A stretch of 64,000 nt of DNA from Candidatus Merdivicinus sp. (GCA_050943495.1 JBMNPH010000007.1:35703-99702), one strand, 5' to 3'; counted from the first letter of the stretch, positions 9,464 to 19,609 are shown. A program made the numbers and translations. The notes: generated by a model not told the origin, from the sequence alone.

Positions 9464-10549
9464 TTAGAACTTCATCGGGTTAGAGGTCAGGTATTTCTTA
9501 ACCATCAGCGCAATCTTAAAGATAATTGCGTCATCAAATTCACGAAGATCCAGGCCGGTCAGTTTCTTAATTTTTTCGAGACGGTACACCAGCGTATTGC
9601 GGTGCACGAACAGCTTCCGGGAAGTTTCCGACACATTCAGGTTGTTTTCGAAGAAACGGTGAATGGTAAAGAGGGTTTCATGATCGAGAGAATCAATGGA
9701 ACCGGTTTTGAAAACTTCTTTCAGGAAGGTTTCGCAAAGTGTTGTGGGGAGCTGATAAATCAGACGGGCAATTCCCAGATTGTCATAGCTGACAATCGAC
9801 TCGTCGGTATCAAATACCTTGCCGACTTCGAGCGCAATCTGCGCTTCCTTGAAGGAACGTGCCAGATCCTTAACGCCTACAACTGCAGTACCGATACCCA
9901 CAACTGCCTTGGTATAGAATTCGGAACTGAGAGTATCGACGATAGAACGAGCGAGTTTTTCCAGATCCTTCGATTCAATTCCGGACTTGATTTCCTTAAT
10001 CAGAACGATATCGGTTTCGCTGATATTGAAAACAAAATCTTTCTGCTTGTCCGGGAAAAGGTTCTGGATCACTTCATAAGCGGAAACATCATTGGTAGAA
10101 ACAACCCGAACCAGCAATGCAACGCGATTTACATCGATATTAAAGTGGAGTTCCCGTGCTTTGATATAGATATCGCCGGGGAGAATGTTGTCCAGAACCA
10201 CATTTTTGATAAAATTATTGCGGTCATATTTCTCATCATAATACTGTTTGATGCTCGAAAGGGAAATTGCCAGAAGCGAGGCATAACGTGCGGCCATTTC
10301 ATCAGTTCCCTCGACAAAAACAGCATAGTCTGCCTTGATGTGAGGACCGAACGGCTTATAGGTATAATTATCCCGTACAAAAGTATCATGGGATTCGCCG
10401 AATTCAACCGCATAGTAGTTATTGTTTGTATTAATTTTAGAAAGCTCGCTGCAGGCAATAATTGCCCCAGTTTCGTCGATTACACCAATTTCACGGTCGA
10501 TTGTATCCCGCATCTGGTGGACAACGCCTTGAAAAAGTCGATTTGACAT
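9464..10549 (-). CDS. CdaR/PucR family transcriptional regulator (sugar-diacid-recognition-like N-terminus, C-terminal PucR HTH)
   Basis: The N-terminus (VVHQMRDTIDREIGVIDETGAIIACSE) resembles a diacid-recognition domain. The C-terminal region TSRKLFVHRNTLVYRLEKIKKLTGLD is a PucR-type HTH. Confidence 0.7.
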   Translation of the reverse strand: MSNRLFQGVVHQMRDTIDREIGVIDETGAIIACSELSKINTNNNYYAVEFGESHDTFVRDNYTYKPFGPHIKADYAVFVEGTDEMAARYASLLAISLSSIKQYYDEKYDRNNFIKNVVLDNILPGDIYIKARELHFNIDVNRVALLVRVVSTNDVSAYEVIQNLFPDKQKDFVFNISETDIVLIKEIKSGIESKDLEKLARSIVDTLSSEFYTKAVVGIGTAVVGVKDLARSFKEAQIALEVGKVFDTDESIVSYDNLGIARLIYQLPTTLCETFLKEVFKTGSIDSLDHETLFTIHRFFENNLNVSETSRKLFVHRNTLVYRLEKIKKLTGLDLREFDDAIIFKIALMVKKYLTSNPMKF

Positions 10550-10643
10550 AATGAACTACCTCTCTTCTTGCAAATATTTCGTCATAACCCGCCCATTAAG
10601 CGAATGGCAGCCAATCAAAACTGCGCAGACCTATACACATTCT

Positions 10644-10672
10644 ATATTATCCTATTTTCACTAAAAATGCAA
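10644..10672 (-). promoter_or_regulatory. Candidate promoter of the CdaR-like gene (TTGCAT-17-TAATAT)
   Basis: Minus-strand hexamers: forward atgcaa at 10667-10672 and atatta at 10644-10649, 17-nt spacing. Confidence 0.45.
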
Positions 10673-10910
10673 GGAATTCCAGCATTTTCCTCGAATTTTT
10701 TTGAATTTTTTTGATCTTTTTCCAATTATTACAAATCCGTTACACCTTCATTACAAATTGTAACATTTCCGGCGTCAAACTTTGTGAATGCTTCGTAAAC
10801 TTTTTATAAATATCTGCCCTAAAATTCGTCTTTCCTCCCAAAACAGACTCCTTTTTTCATATTCGTAAATTCTTTGATTTGATTTTCTTTTGAATATTTC
10901 TGCAAAATAC

Positions 10911-10939
10911 TTGCATTTCTAAAAAAGCTGTGCTATAAT
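10911..10939 (+). promoter_or_regulatory. Promoter of the rimP-nusA-infB operon (TTGCAT-17-TGcTATAAT, extended -10)
   Basis: TTGCAT at 10911-10916 and TATAAT at 10934-10939, with TG at 10931-10932. Preceded by a long AT-rich tract. Confidence 0.7.
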
Positions 10940-11037
10940 GACTAAGGTAGAATATGGTATGATTAAGAAAGGCTGGGAAATTCCCGGTCTTTCGTTTATG
11001 TTACGGGTTTTTCCCAATTGTCAGAAAGGCGGATTGC

Positions 11038-11514
11038 ATGAGTAAAAGCACCATTATCCAAACGGTTTGGCAGCTTGCTGAACCAATTGCCGCAGAATTG
11101 GGCGTCTCCCTGTGGGATGTCCGCTTCGAAAAAGAGGGCGCCAGTTGGTTTCTGCGTATCCTCATCGATAAAGAGGGCGGCGCTGATATCAATGCCTGTG
11201 AGGCAATGAGCCGCGCCATCGATCCCCTGCTGGATGAGGCAGATCCGATTCCCCAGAGCTATTACCTCGAAGTCTGGTCAGCGGGAATGAACCGGGATCT
11301 CACCCGGGATTTCCATTTCACCCAGAATCTCGGCGGAAAAATTACTGTCGGTCTGTTCCAGCCATGGCAGCCGGGCGGCGAAAAAGAACCCGTCTGCATA
11401 TTAAAGGAATATCGGGGGAAAACGATTGTTGTAACTGACCCCGCCGGCGAAGAGCATGAACTGACTCTTTCGGAACTGCGCTTTGTCCGCCGTTTTGATG
11501 AAATGCCATTTTAA
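11038..11514 (+). CDS. rimP: Ribosome maturation factor RimP
   Basis: 158 aa. Conserved position upstream of nusA, with the N-terminal segment EPIAAELGVSLWDVRFEKEG typical of RimP. Confidence 0.85.
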   Translation: MSKSTIIQTVWQLAEPIAAELGVSLWDVRFEKEGASWFLRILIDKEGGADINACEAMSRAIDPLLDEADPIPQSYYLEVWSAGMNRDLTRDFHFTQNLGGKITVGLFQPWQPGGEKEPVCILKEYRGKTIVVTDPAGEEHELTLSELRFVRRFDEMPF

Positions 11515-11540
11515 TTACAGATTCAATTGGAGGAACTATC

Positions 11541-12668
11541 ATGAACACCAAAGAAATCCGGGATTTTTTCGATGCGCTCCAGCTTCTTGAAATGGAAAAG
11601 GGAATCGACGGCGCATATCTGATCGAAAAAATCACCAATGCAATCGTCATTGCCGTAAAGCGTGATTACCAAGTTACCGAAAATGTCAACGTTACCATCA
11701 ATCCTGATCTTTGCCGTTTTGAGGTCTCCATTACCAAGACCGCCGTTCAGGAGGTCGAGGATCCCGCTACCCAGATCAGCATGGATGAAGCGCTCAAATA
11801 CAACGCACATCCGATCGAAGGAATGCCGGTGGAAATCGTACTGGATACTAAGCAGTTCGGTCGAATCGCTGCCCAGACCGCAAAACATGTCATTCGTCAG
11901 GGAATTCGGGAGGCAGAACGTTCTCAGCTCATTTCCCAGTACCAGAATAAGGTCTACGAAGTTGTGACGGCAACCGTTCAGAAAGTGGAACCGGCTACCG
12001 GCAATGCGACCGTAGAGATTGACAAAAATGAAATTCTCCTGTTTAAAAATGAACAGCTTCCCAATGATAATCTCAAGGAAGGCGACCGCATTAAAGTTTA
12101 TGTGGTCGATGTAGTCAATTTCGAGCGCCGCTGTTCCCTGAAAATCTCCCGTACTCACAAAGATCTCGTTAAACGCCTCTTTGAACGCGAAGTTCCGGAA
12201 ATCTTCGACGGTGTTGTGGAAATCAAGTCCATCTCCCGGGAAGCCGGATCCCGTACCAAAATGGCTGTGTGGAGTAAAAATCCCGACGTCGATCCGATCG
12301 GCGCCTGCATCGGCCCCAAAGGAAGCCGTATTTCTGCTGTCGTGACCGAGCTAAAAGGCGAAAAAATCGACATTGTCAAATACAGTGAGGATGACGCAGA
12401 ATTTATTACCCAGGCTCTCTCCCCCGCCACCGTTACCAGTGTGGAAATCCTGCCGGGTGACGAACGGATGTGCCGGGTTACTGTTCCCGACAATCAGCTC
12501 TCCCTTGCCATCGGCAACAAGGGCCAGAATGCCAAACTGGCTGCAAAACTAACTGGTTACAAGATTGATATCCGGCCGGAATCCGGTGTCCTTGATGCCG
12601 GAAAGAAAGAGGAAGAACCGGCATTGGAATCCTCTGAAGCGGAAGAATTGTCCGCCGACGAGGCATAA
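11541..12668 (+). CDS. nusA: Transcription termination/antitermination factor NusA
   Basis: N-terminal domain, S1 and two KH regions (GACIGPKGSRI, LAIGNKGQNAKLA). GGAGGA RBS. Confidence 0.95.
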   Translation: MNTKEIRDFFDALQLLEMEKGIDGAYLIEKITNAIVIAVKRDYQVTENVNVTINPDLCRFEVSITKTAVQEVEDPATQISMDEALKYNAHPIEGMPVEIVLDTKQFGRIAAQTAKHVIRQGIREAERSQLISQYQNKVYEVVTATVQKVEPATGNATVEIDKNEILLFKNEQLPNDNLKEGDRIKVYVVDVVNFERRCSLKISRTHKDLVKRLFEREVPEIFDGVVEIKSISREAGSRTKMAVWSKNPDVDPIGACIGPKGSRISAVVTELKGEKIDIVKYSEDDAEFITQALSPATVTSVEILPGDERMCRVTVPDNQLSLAIGNKGQNAKLAAKLTGYKIDIRPESGVLDAGKKEEEPALESSEAEELSADEA

Positions 12669-12691
12669 TTTATCAGGAAAGGAGCAGACTG

Positions 12692-12994
12692 ATGCAAACA
12701 AAACGGATCCCGCTGCGGATGTGTACCGGCTGCGGGGAAATGAAATCCAAAAAGGAACTGGTGCGGGTTGTCCGTTCCAGCGAAGGTGAGGTTTTCCTCG
12801 ATCTGACAGGGAAAAAAGCCGGGCGCGGCGCATATGTCTGCCCCTCTCCGGAATGCCTCAAAAAGGCCCGCAAGGCCCGGAGGATTGAGCGCTCATTTCA
12901 GTGCAGAATCCCCGATGAAGTCTATGATGCGATGGAGGCCGAACTGGAAAAGTATGCCGTCCATCCGAAAGGAAAGGAAGATTCGGAAAATTGA
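12692..12994 (+). CDS. ylxR: YlxR/RnpM family RNA-binding protein (DUF448)
   Basis: RMCTGCGEMKSKKELVRVV...GRGAYVC motif and the conserved position after nusA. Confidence 0.85.
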   Translation: MQTKRIPLRMCTGCGEMKSKKELVRVVRSSEGEVFLDLTGKKAGRGAYVCPSPECLKKARKARRIERSFQCRIPDEVYDAMEAELEKYAVHPKGKEDSEN

Positions 12995-13311
12995 ACGCAT
13001 TTGATTCCACCCTCTCTCTGTGCATGCGTGCAAGACGGCTCACATTCGGGCTGGACACCGTCCGGAATACCGCCGCACGCGGGGAAGTTTTTCTGCTGCT
13101 GACTGCCTCGGATCTCTCTCCGAAAACAGTCAAAGAGGTGGAATACCTCAGCAGTCGTTATCACATTCCCTGCTGTAAAATTGCCCGCTGTATGGAGGAA
13201 GTGGCGAATATCATCGGCAAAAAGACCGGAGTTATCGGCATCACTGACGAGGGATTCAGCAACAAGCTGATGCTCATCCACAACGAAACGGAGGATCACC
13301 TATGCAGATAA
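12991..13311 (+). CDS. ylxQ: L7Ae/YlxQ family ribosomal-protein-like RNA-binding protein
   Basis: Aligns by eye with B. subtilis YlxQ (RARRLTFG..., [18 protein letters not shown]). Probable TTG start overlapping the ylxR stop. Confidence 0.75.
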   Translation: MNAFDSTLSLCMRARRLTFGLDTVRNTAARGEVFLLLTASDLSPKTVKEVEYLSSRYHIPCCKIARCMEEVANIIGKKTGVIGITDEGFSNKLMLIHNETEDHLCR

Positions 13312-15869
13312 AATATCGACTTCATGAAGTTGCGAAAGACCTGAATGTAGACAAAAAGGATATCATCGACCTGCTTGACCGGTATTTCGGCGGCGAACCG
13401 CGCAAACATGCTACGGTTCTCACCGAAGAAGAACTGAATGTCATTTTCGAACATTACACTCAGAACAACCAGGTTGAGAATTTTGACCGGTATTTTGCTT
13501 CCAAGGATGCTGCACCGGAAAAGGTGGAACAGCCGGAAACGAAACCCGCACCCGCCAAAAAAGAGGCTCCCAAAGCGGAACCCAAACCGGCAGAACCCAA
13601 ACATACCGAACCGAAAAAAGCAGAGGCCAAAAAGTCCGAACCTGTTAAAGCAGAAGCGCCGAAGGAAGCACCCAAAGCAGAAACTCCTGCTGCACGCCCC
13701 GCAGAAAACCGTCCTGCGGAATCGCGCCGCGAACCTCGACGGGACAATAATTCTTCCCGCCGTGAAGAACCGCGCCGGGATAATCGCCGCGACAATCATC
13801 GGGAGGATCGTCCTCAGCAGAATGCAAAACCGGTGAAGACTCCTGCACCGGCTCCACAGCCGACAAAACCGGTGGAGACTGTGGAAAAGGAACGTACCGT
13901 TCGTCACGTCGATACCCGTACCGTCGAAATCAACCTCGATAAATATAATGAGCATTATGAGGAGATTGCTCCTCAGTCCAGCGGAAAGAGCGACAATCAG
14001 CAGCGCAAACAGAAACTGAAACAGAAATCTCAGAACAAGAATAAGGCGAAATTCTCGAGCAAACGGGAAACTGAAGCGGAAAAACTGCAGCGTCTCGCGT
14101 TGGAACGCGCTCGCAAGCAGCAGCTGAAGGTCCTCATTCCGGATGAAATTACCGTTTCCGAACTCGCTTCCCGCCTGAAAGTCACTGTGACCGATGTTAT
14201 TAAAAAGCTGATGCTCATGGGCGTTATGGCTTCCCAGAATGAAGTTATTGACTTTGATACCGCTTCTCTCGTGGCAATGGAATACAATGCCAAGATTGAA
14301 AAAGAAGTGATCGTGACCATCGAGGAACAGCTGATTCACAACGAAGAAGACAGCAGTGAAGATTTGGTAGAAAGAAGTCCAGTTGTCGTCGTTATGGGAC
14401 ACGTTGACCACGGCAAAACCTCCCTTCTCGACCGGATCCGCAATGCGCATGTCACCGACACTGAAGCAGGCGGCATTACCCAGCATATCGGTGCGTACCG
14501 CGTGAAAGTCGGCGACCGCTATGTCACCTTCCTGGATACTCCCGGCCATGAGGCGTTTACCGCCATGCGTGCCCGCGGTGCTGCTGTCACCGATATTGCC
14601 ATCCTGGTGGTTGCCGGTGATGACGGAATTATGCCGCAGACTGTCGAAGCAATCAACCATGCGAAAGCCGCTGGTGTATCAATTATCGTTGCCATCAACA
14701 AGATGGATAAACCACATGCTGACGCCGAACGAGTCAAACAGGAACTGACCGAATATGAGCTCGTACCGGAAGAATGGGGCGGCGATATCATCTGTGTACC
14801 GGTTTCCGCTGCAACCGGCATGGGAATTGATGATTTGCTGGATAACATCATTCTGGTATCGGAAGTACAGGAACTGAAAGCCAACCCCAATCGTCTGGCA
14901 AAAGGTACCGTAATTGAAGCTCGTCTGGACAAAGGCCGCGGCCCTGTTGCGACCCTTCTGGTTCAGAATGGTACCCTTCATACCGGTGACGTTCTGATTG
15001 CGGGCACATCGGTCGGTCGTGTCCGTCAGATGCTGAACGACCGCGGACAGATCGTAACCGAAGCAGGTCCTTCCATTCCGGTGGAAATTACTGGTCTGAC
15101 TGAGGTTCCAGCTGCCGGCGATATCTTCAATGCCGTAGAAGATGAGCGTTTGGCTCGGGAACTGGTGGAACAGCGCCGCGCAGAACAGAAGGAAGAGCAA
15201 TTCAAATCCTTCCAGAAGGTAACACTGGATAACCTCTTCAGCCAGATTGCAGAAGGCGAAATGAAGGAACTCCCACTCATCGTTAAGGCTGACGTACAGG
15301 GTACCGCGGAAGCAGTCAAACAGTCTCTGGAAAAACTGACCACCGACGAAGTCCGGGTACGAGTCATCCACACCGGTGTTGGCGCGATCAACAGTTCCGA
15401 CGTCATGCTGGCGAACGCTTCCAATGCCATCGTCATTGGCTTCAACGTCCGTCCGGACCCCACCGCCAAAGCGGAAGCGGAACAGCAGAATGTAGAACTC
15501 CGGATGTACCGCATCATTTACGATGCCATCGAGGAAGTCAAGGCTGCAATGAAAGGTATGCTCGCACCTAAGACCCGTGAAGTTGATATGGGCCGTATCG
15601 AAGTCCGTCAGGTATATAAGATTACCGGTGTCGGCGCAGTTGCAGGATGCTATGTCCTGGAAGGCAAGATCGCAAGAAATGCTCAGATCCGGATTGTCCG
15701 CGATGGTATTATCGTAGCAGTCGATCAGATTTCTTCCCTGAAACGCTTCAAGGATGATGCCAAGGAAGTTGCACAGGGGTATGAATGCGGCGTTACCCTT
15801 GCAAAATTCAATGATATCAAGGAAGGCGATATTTACGAGGCCTTCACTATTGAAGAATACCGCGATTAA
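13302..15869 (+). CDS. infB: Translation initiation factor IF-2
   Basis: G-domain [12 protein letters not shown] and DTPGHEAF, with a K/E/P/A/R-rich low-complexity N-terminal region. GGAGGA RBS. Confidence 0.97.
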   Translation: MQIKYRLHEVAKDLNVDKKDIIDLLDRYFGGEPRKHATVLTEEELNVIFEHYTQNNQVENFDRYFASKDAAPEKVEQPETKPAPAKKEAPKAEPKPAEPKHTEPKKAEAKKSEPVKAEAPKEAPKAETPAARPAENRPAESRREPRRDNNSSRREEPRRDNRRDNHREDRPQQNAKPVKTPAPAPQPTKPVETVEKERTVRHVDTRTVEINLDKYNEHYEEIAPQSSGKSDNQQRKQKLKQKSQNKNKAKFSSKRETEAEKLQRLALERARKQQLKVLIPDEITVSELASRLKVTVTDVIKKLMLMGVMASQNEVIDFDTASLVAMEYNAKIEKEVIVTIEEQLIHNEEDSSEDLVERSPVVVVMGHVDHGKTSLLDRIRNAHVTDTEAGGITQHIGAYRVKVGDRYVTFLDTPGHEAFTAMRARGAAVTDIAILVVAGDDGIMPQTVEAINHAKAAGVSIIVAINKMDKPHADAERVKQELTEYELVPEEWGGDIICVPVSAATGMGIDDLLDNIILVSEVQELKANPNRLAKGTVIEARLDKGRGPVATLLVQNGTLHTGDVLIAGTSVGRVRQMLNDRGQIVTEAGPSIPVEITGLTEVPAAGDIFNAVEDERLARELVEQRRAEQKEEQFKSFQKVTLDNLFSQIAEGEMKELPLIVKADVQGTAEAVKQSLEKLTTDEVRVRVIHTGVGAINSSDVMLANASNAIVIGFNVRPDPTAKAEAEQQNVELRMYRIIYDAIEEVKAAMKGMLAPKTREVDMGRIEVRQVYKITGVGAVAGCYVLEGKIARNAQIRIVRDGIIVAVDQISSLKRFKDDAKEVAQGYECGVTLAKFNDIKEGDIYEAFTIEEYRD

Positions 15870-15940
15870 CCATTTCATTCTGCCGCCTCTGTCCCAAACG
15901 GGGCGGGGGCGGATTTGTTATCTGCTGAAAGGAGTCTAGT

Positions 15941-16318
15941 ATGGCAAGTTATAAAATCGGCCGTCTTTCTGAGGACATCAAGCGGGAACTCAGCCACCTG
16001 ATCCGGGAACTGAAGGATCCTCGGATTTCCCAGATGCTGAGCATTATCCGCTGTGAAGTTTCCGGCGACCTTTCCCATTGCAAAGTCCATGTCTCCGCGC
16101 TGGAAGGGGAAGCTGCCACCAAGGAATCCATCAAGGGATTGGTCTCCGCTTCCGGTTATCTCCGGCGCGAAATCGGAAATACTCTTCATCTCCGGAAATG
16201 CCCTGAATTTCACTTTATTCCGGATGATTCCATCGCTTACAGCGCAAAAATCAACCGGATTCTGCAGGATTTGGATGAATCTTCTCCTGAAACAGATTCT
16301 GATCCTTCCGAAGAATGA
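15941..16318 (+). CDS. rbfA: 30S ribosome-binding factor RbfA
   Basis: 125 aa with RLSEDIKRELSHLI...DPR and the conserved position after infB. Confidence 0.9.
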   Translation: MASYKIGRLSEDIKRELSHLIRELKDPRISQMLSIIRCEVSGDLSHCKVHVSALEGEAATKESIKGLVSASGYLRREIGNTLHLRKCPEFHFIPDDSIAYSAKINRILQDLDESSPETDSDPSEE

Positions 16319-16329
16319 GGTGAACCATC

Positions 16330-17286
16330 ATGGAATTTTCCTTACAGCAGGCTGCGCAGTTTCTAATGGAGTCGGATGACATCCATATTCTCTGCCACCG
16401 AAATCCGGATGGTGATACTCTGGGCAGTGCGTATGCCCTCTGGAATGCTCTTCGCAATCTGGGCAAACATGCTGCTGTCCGATGCAATGACCCTATTTCT
16501 TCCAAACTTTCCTTTTTAGCCAATGGCTATCAAGAGGAAATGTTTTCGCCGAAAACGATTGTATCCGTTGATATTGCCGATGAACAGCTTTTCGGCGATG
16601 GACTTTCTCCCTATCTGGGCAAGGTTCAGCTGGCCATCGACCATCATCCTTCACACACTTATTTTGCTGAAAACACCTATCTGGAGGCAGATTCTGCTGC
16701 TACCTGCGAGATTATCTGCCTGCTGATCCGCGAAATGAAGGCGGAAATAACCCCGCAAATCGCAAACTGCCTGTACACCGGAATGGCAACAGATACCGGG
16801 TGTTTCAAATTTTCCAATACCACTCCCCGCACCCACCGCCTTGCCGCCGACATGATGGAGGCTGGATGTGATTATGCAGAAATTGGCAAGCGAATTTTTG
16901 ACACCAAATCCCGCGGAGAATTTGCTATCGAGCGGGAAGCCCTCAACAATATGGAGATCCATTTTGAAGGAAAGGTTGCTCTGATTGTACTCACACAGGA
17001 TATGTACGAACGCTGCCAAATTTCAGAAGCAGAAGCCGACGGACTAACCTCGCTGCCGCGCAAGCTGGAAGGCGTTGAAGTGGGAATTACCATCAAGGAA
17101 CGCGGGTGTAGAGAATATAAGGTTTCGATGCGTTCCGTAGAGCGAGTCAATGTATCGGAACTTTGCCGTCAATTTGGTGGAGGTGGACACATGCGTGCCG
17201 CCGGATTCACCGCATACGGCACATTAGATGAGGTAAAAACATTAATTTTGGGCGCCGTAGGGCGCGCTTTGGAGGAGAATCCATGA
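16330..17286 (+). CDS. nrnA: DHH/DHHA1 phosphoesterase (NrnA-like oligoribonuclease/pAp phosphatase)
   Basis: Motifs HRNPDGDTLGS, AIDHHPSH and GGGGHMRAAG. Confidence 0.85.
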   Translation: MEFSLQQAAQFLMESDDIHILCHRNPDGDTLGSAYALWNALRNLGKHAAVRCNDPISSKLSFLANGYQEEMFSPKTIVSVDIADEQLFGDGLSPYLGKVQLAIDHHPSHTYFAENTYLEADSAATCEIICLLIREMKAEITPQIANCLYTGMATDTGCFKFSNTTPRTHRLAADMMEAGCDYAEIGKRIFDTKSRGEFAIEREALNNMEIHFEGKVALIVLTQDMYERCQISEAEADGLTSLPRKLEGVEVGITIKERGCREYKVSMRSVERVNVSELCRQFGGGGHMRAAGFTAYGTLDEVKTLILGAVGRALEENP

Positions 17287-18206
17287 GCAAACGCCCCGAC
17301 ACCAATCTTTCCGGCATCCTATGCATTAACAAACCCCAGGATTTCACCTCTTTTGATGTCATTGCAAAGCTGCGCGGAATCAGCGGTACCCGGAAAATTG
17401 GACATAGCGGCACATTGGATCCGATGGCGACGGGAGTTTTGCCGATTTTTTTCGGCATTGCCACTAAAGCATGTGATCTCCTGCCCAATCATGACAAACG
17501 CTATACAGCAGGAATCCGGTTTGGCTGTGTTTCCGATACGCAGGATATCTGGGGCAATGTCCAAAAATTAGAAACGAAGCCGGTCACACTTCCGGAACTG
17601 GAAGCTTCCCTCCCCTATTTTACCGGATCCATTGCACAGATTCCCCCCATGTTTTCCGCTGTTCAGGTGAACGGACAGCGCCTTTATGACCTTGCCCGCA
17701 AAGGGATTGAAGTAGAGCGCAAGGCGCGGAATATCACCATTTACCAGCTGAATCTCCTCGCATTTGATTCCGAAAAGCAGGAGGCTCTGCTGGATATTTC
17801 CTGTTCCAAGGGGACCTATATCCGCACCCTCTGCCATGATTTGGGACAAATGCTGGGAACTGGTGCGGTCATGTCCTCCCTCACCCGAACAGAAGCCGCT
17901 GGATTTACGTTGGAAAACTGCATTTCTCTCGAGCAGGCACAGCAAGCTGCTCTCGAACAACATTTTGCCGATCTTCTGTTGCCTGTCGGACAAGCCTTTT
18001 CCGATCTTCCCGCGATCATTCTGAATGATATCCAAGCACGCATGTTTCAAAACGGGGTTCGCCTGGATCTTAATCGAATTTCTTTTGCCAAAATCGGCGG
18101 TGATCATGCGGTTTATAATCGTGATCATGAATTTCTGGGAATTGCTGCCTGCAATTTTGACGAAATGGAACTGACCATCCGCAAAATCTTCTGCCAAAGG
18201 AGCTGA
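17283..18206 (+). CDS. truB: tRNA pseudouridine(55) synthase TruB
   Basis: GHSGTLDPMATGVLPI catalytic Asp motif. The start overlaps the nrnA stop. Confidence 0.93.
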   Translation: MSKRPDTNLSGILCINKPQDFTSFDVIAKLRGISGTRKIGHSGTLDPMATGVLPIFFGIATKACDLLPNHDKRYTAGIRFGCVSDTQDIWGNVQKLETKPVTLPELEASLPYFTGSIAQIPPMFSAVQVNGQRLYDLARKGIEVERKARNITIYQLNLLAFDSEKQEALLDISCSKGTYIRTLCHDLGQMLGTGAVMSSLTRTEAAGFTLENCISLEQAQQAALEQHFADLLLPVGQAFSDLPAIILNDIQARMFQNGVRLDLNRISFAKIGGDHAVYNRDHEFLGIAACNFDEMELTIRKIFCQRS

Positions 18207-18212
18207 CATATC

Positions 18213-19139
18213 ATGGAATACAGCCATCAAATCCCCACACTCAACCATCCCACAGCAATCGCACTGGGATTGTTTGACGGACTTCATCTCGGACATCGCG
18301 CTGTCATTCAACAGGCTGTATCCTGTGCACCGAAGCTCTGTCCGCTGGTCTTTACCTTTCAGTTTGACCGCCCGGAAGATATCACCAAACCAGATTTTGC
18401 GAATATTCTCACCCATACAAGAAAGGAACAGATCTTAAAAAAATTAGGCGTCCAACTCGTTTGCGAACCACCTTTCTCGCTTTTTCGAAATTTATCTCCC
18501 ACCGAATTTTTCTCCGAAATTCTGGTCAAACGTTTGCATGCTGGTGCGATTTTCTGTGGAGAAGATTTTCATTTCGGAAAAAATGCCGCGGGTGATGCTA
18601 ATCTTCTCCATGCGCTCTGCAAACAGGCAGGTATCCATTTTTATGCGGTTCCTCCCCTGTTGGTGGATGGAAATGTTGTCAGTTCCACACAAATCCGCCA
18701 TTTGCTTCGGGAGGGAGATCCTCTTCAGGCTGCTAAACTTCTGGGCGAACCTTATACCATTGATTATCCAGTAGCGCATGGCCGTCAGCTTGGCCGTACC
18801 ATGGGATTCCCAACCATTAACCAAATTTTCAAAACGGGAGATCTTATCCCACGAAATGGTGTCTATGCATCCGTTGCACAGGTTGGGAATTGCCGTTATC
18901 CAGCTGTTACCAATGTGGGAATTAAGCCGACCCTCGGCGGAAAAGATGCACCTTCTGCTGAAAGTACTCTTCTGGGCTTCGAAGGGGATTTATATGGACA
19001 AGCTATTCCGGTTTCCTTTTATGCATTTCTTCGCCCCGAGCAACGTTTTGATTCCATTGAACGTCTGTTTCGTCAGGTTGCACTCGACGCACAGCAAGCA
19101 GAAAAACTTTGGCCGGAAATTCAAGCTCATCTTTCTTAA
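18213..19139 (+). CDS. ribF: Bifunctional riboflavin kinase / FMN adenylyltransferase
   Basis: GLFDGLHLGH nucleotidyltransferase motif and a C-terminal riboflavin kinase segment (GFPTIN). Confidence 0.92.
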   Translation: MEYSHQIPTLNHPTAIALGLFDGLHLGHRAVIQQAVSCAPKLCPLVFTFQFDRPEDITKPDFANILTHTRKEQILKKLGVQLVCEPPFSLFRNLSPTEFFSEILVKRLHAGAIFCGEDFHFGKNAAGDANLLHALCKQAGIHFYAVPPLLVDGNVVSSTQIRHLLREGDPLQAAKLLGEPYTIDYPVAHGRQLGRTMGFPTINQIFKTGDLIPRNGVYASVAQVGNCRYPAVTNVGIKPTLGGKDAPSAESTLLGFEGDLYGQAIPVSFYAFLRPEQRFDSIERLFRQVALDAQQAEKLWPEIQAHLS

Positions 19140-19147
19140 AAAATCCC

Positions 19148-19176
19148 TTGACAACTTTATTATTTTGTGCTATACT
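19148..19176 (+). promoter_or_regulatory. Promoter of the tRNA-Leu pair (TTGACA-17-TGcTATACT)
   Basis: TTGACA at 19148-19153 and TATACT at 19171-19176, with an extended -10 TG. The tRNA starts 13 nt after the -10 box. Confidence 0.75.
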
Positions 19177-19188
19177 TGTCAATGTCCT

Positions 19189-19270
19189 GCGGGCGTGGTG
19201 GAATGGCAGACACGATGGTTTTAGGAGCCATTGCTACGGCGTGCGGGTTCAAGTCCCGCCGCCCGCACCA
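19189..19270 (+). tRNA. tRNA-Leu (anticodon UAG), CCA encoded
   Basis: Cloverleaf folded by hand. Acceptor GCGGGCG/CGCCCGC, anticodon stem ATGGT/GCCAT with loop TTTAGGA, T-arm GCGGG-TTCAAGT-CCCGC, long variable arm. Confidence 0.9.
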
Positions 19271-19297
19271 TTTAAGGGCGCAGGAGTTTCTAATTAT

Positions 19298-19384
19298 GCG
19301 GATATGGCGGAATTGGCAGACGCGCTAGATTCAGGTTCTAGTGACTTCACGGTCATACAGGTTCAAGTCCTGCTATCCGCACCA
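19298..19384 (+). tRNA. tRNA-Leu (anticodon CAG), CCA encoded
   Basis: Acceptor GCGGATA/TATCCGC, anticodon stem CTAGA/TCTAG with loop TTCAGGT, long variable arm, GTTCAAGTCC T-loop. Confidence 0.9.
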
Positions 19385-19406
19385 GCGGCTAAGAGCCGCA
19401 GCAAAG

Positions 19407-19442
19407 ACGCGCACTCATGTTATGGGTGTGCGTTTTCTTTTT
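19407..19442 (+). terminator. Intrinsic terminator after the tRNA genes (copy 1 of a duplicated module)
   Basis: Stem ACGCGCAC/GTGTGCGT followed by TTTTCTTTTT. Confidence 0.7.
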
Positions 19443-19506
19443 ATCCCGCGCTGATACAGGCATCCATTTTGTAACGTCAACTCAAGCGGCTTAGAATCGC
19501 AGCAAA

Positions 19507-19549
19507 GGCACGCGCTCACGTTAGTGGGTGTGTGCCTTGTTTAAATTTT
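19507..19549 (+). terminator. Second terminator-like hairpin (copy 2 of the duplicated module)
   Basis: 13-bp stem GGCACGCGCTCAC/GTGGGTGTGTGCC (includes G-U pairs) followed by TTGTTTAAATTTT. Confidence 0.55.
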
Positions 19550-19564
19550 GTGTTACACAAAAGT

Positions 19565-19602
19565 AAGCGACAGGACAAAATAGCAATACTGTCCTGTCGC
19601 TT
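19565..19602 (-). terminator. Terminator hairpin downstream of the DUF4037 gene
   Basis: Perfect 12-bp stem AAGCGACAGGAC/GTCCTGTCGCTT. On the minus strand it is followed by ACTTTTGTG. Confidence 0.6.
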
Positions 19603-19609
19603 AGAATTA

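Noticed and set aside
9305-10546. 413-aa plus-strand ORF antisense to the CdaR/PucR regulator gene
   Set aside because: It is the mirror of a well-supported minus-strand gene with a PucR HTH and a good RBS. It has I/F/N-rich low-information composition and no start context.
13530-13830. Repetitive-looking DNA (recurring AAAGC/GAACC/CCGAA words) that could be mistaken for a tandem repeat or CRISPR-like array
   Set aside because: It is in frame within infB and encodes the K/E/P/A- and R/D/N-rich low-complexity linker common in IF-2 N-termini. It has no regular repeat-spacer periodicity.
13296-15878. Two very long minus-strand ORFs (454 aa at 13296-14660 and 399 aa at 14679-15878) antisense to infB
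   Set aside because: They are shadow ORFs of the unmistakable IF-2 gene on the plus strand. They have no RBS and an odd F/R/C/L-rich composition with no recognisable domains. Codon-position bias of a highly expressed gene readily leaves the antisense frame open.
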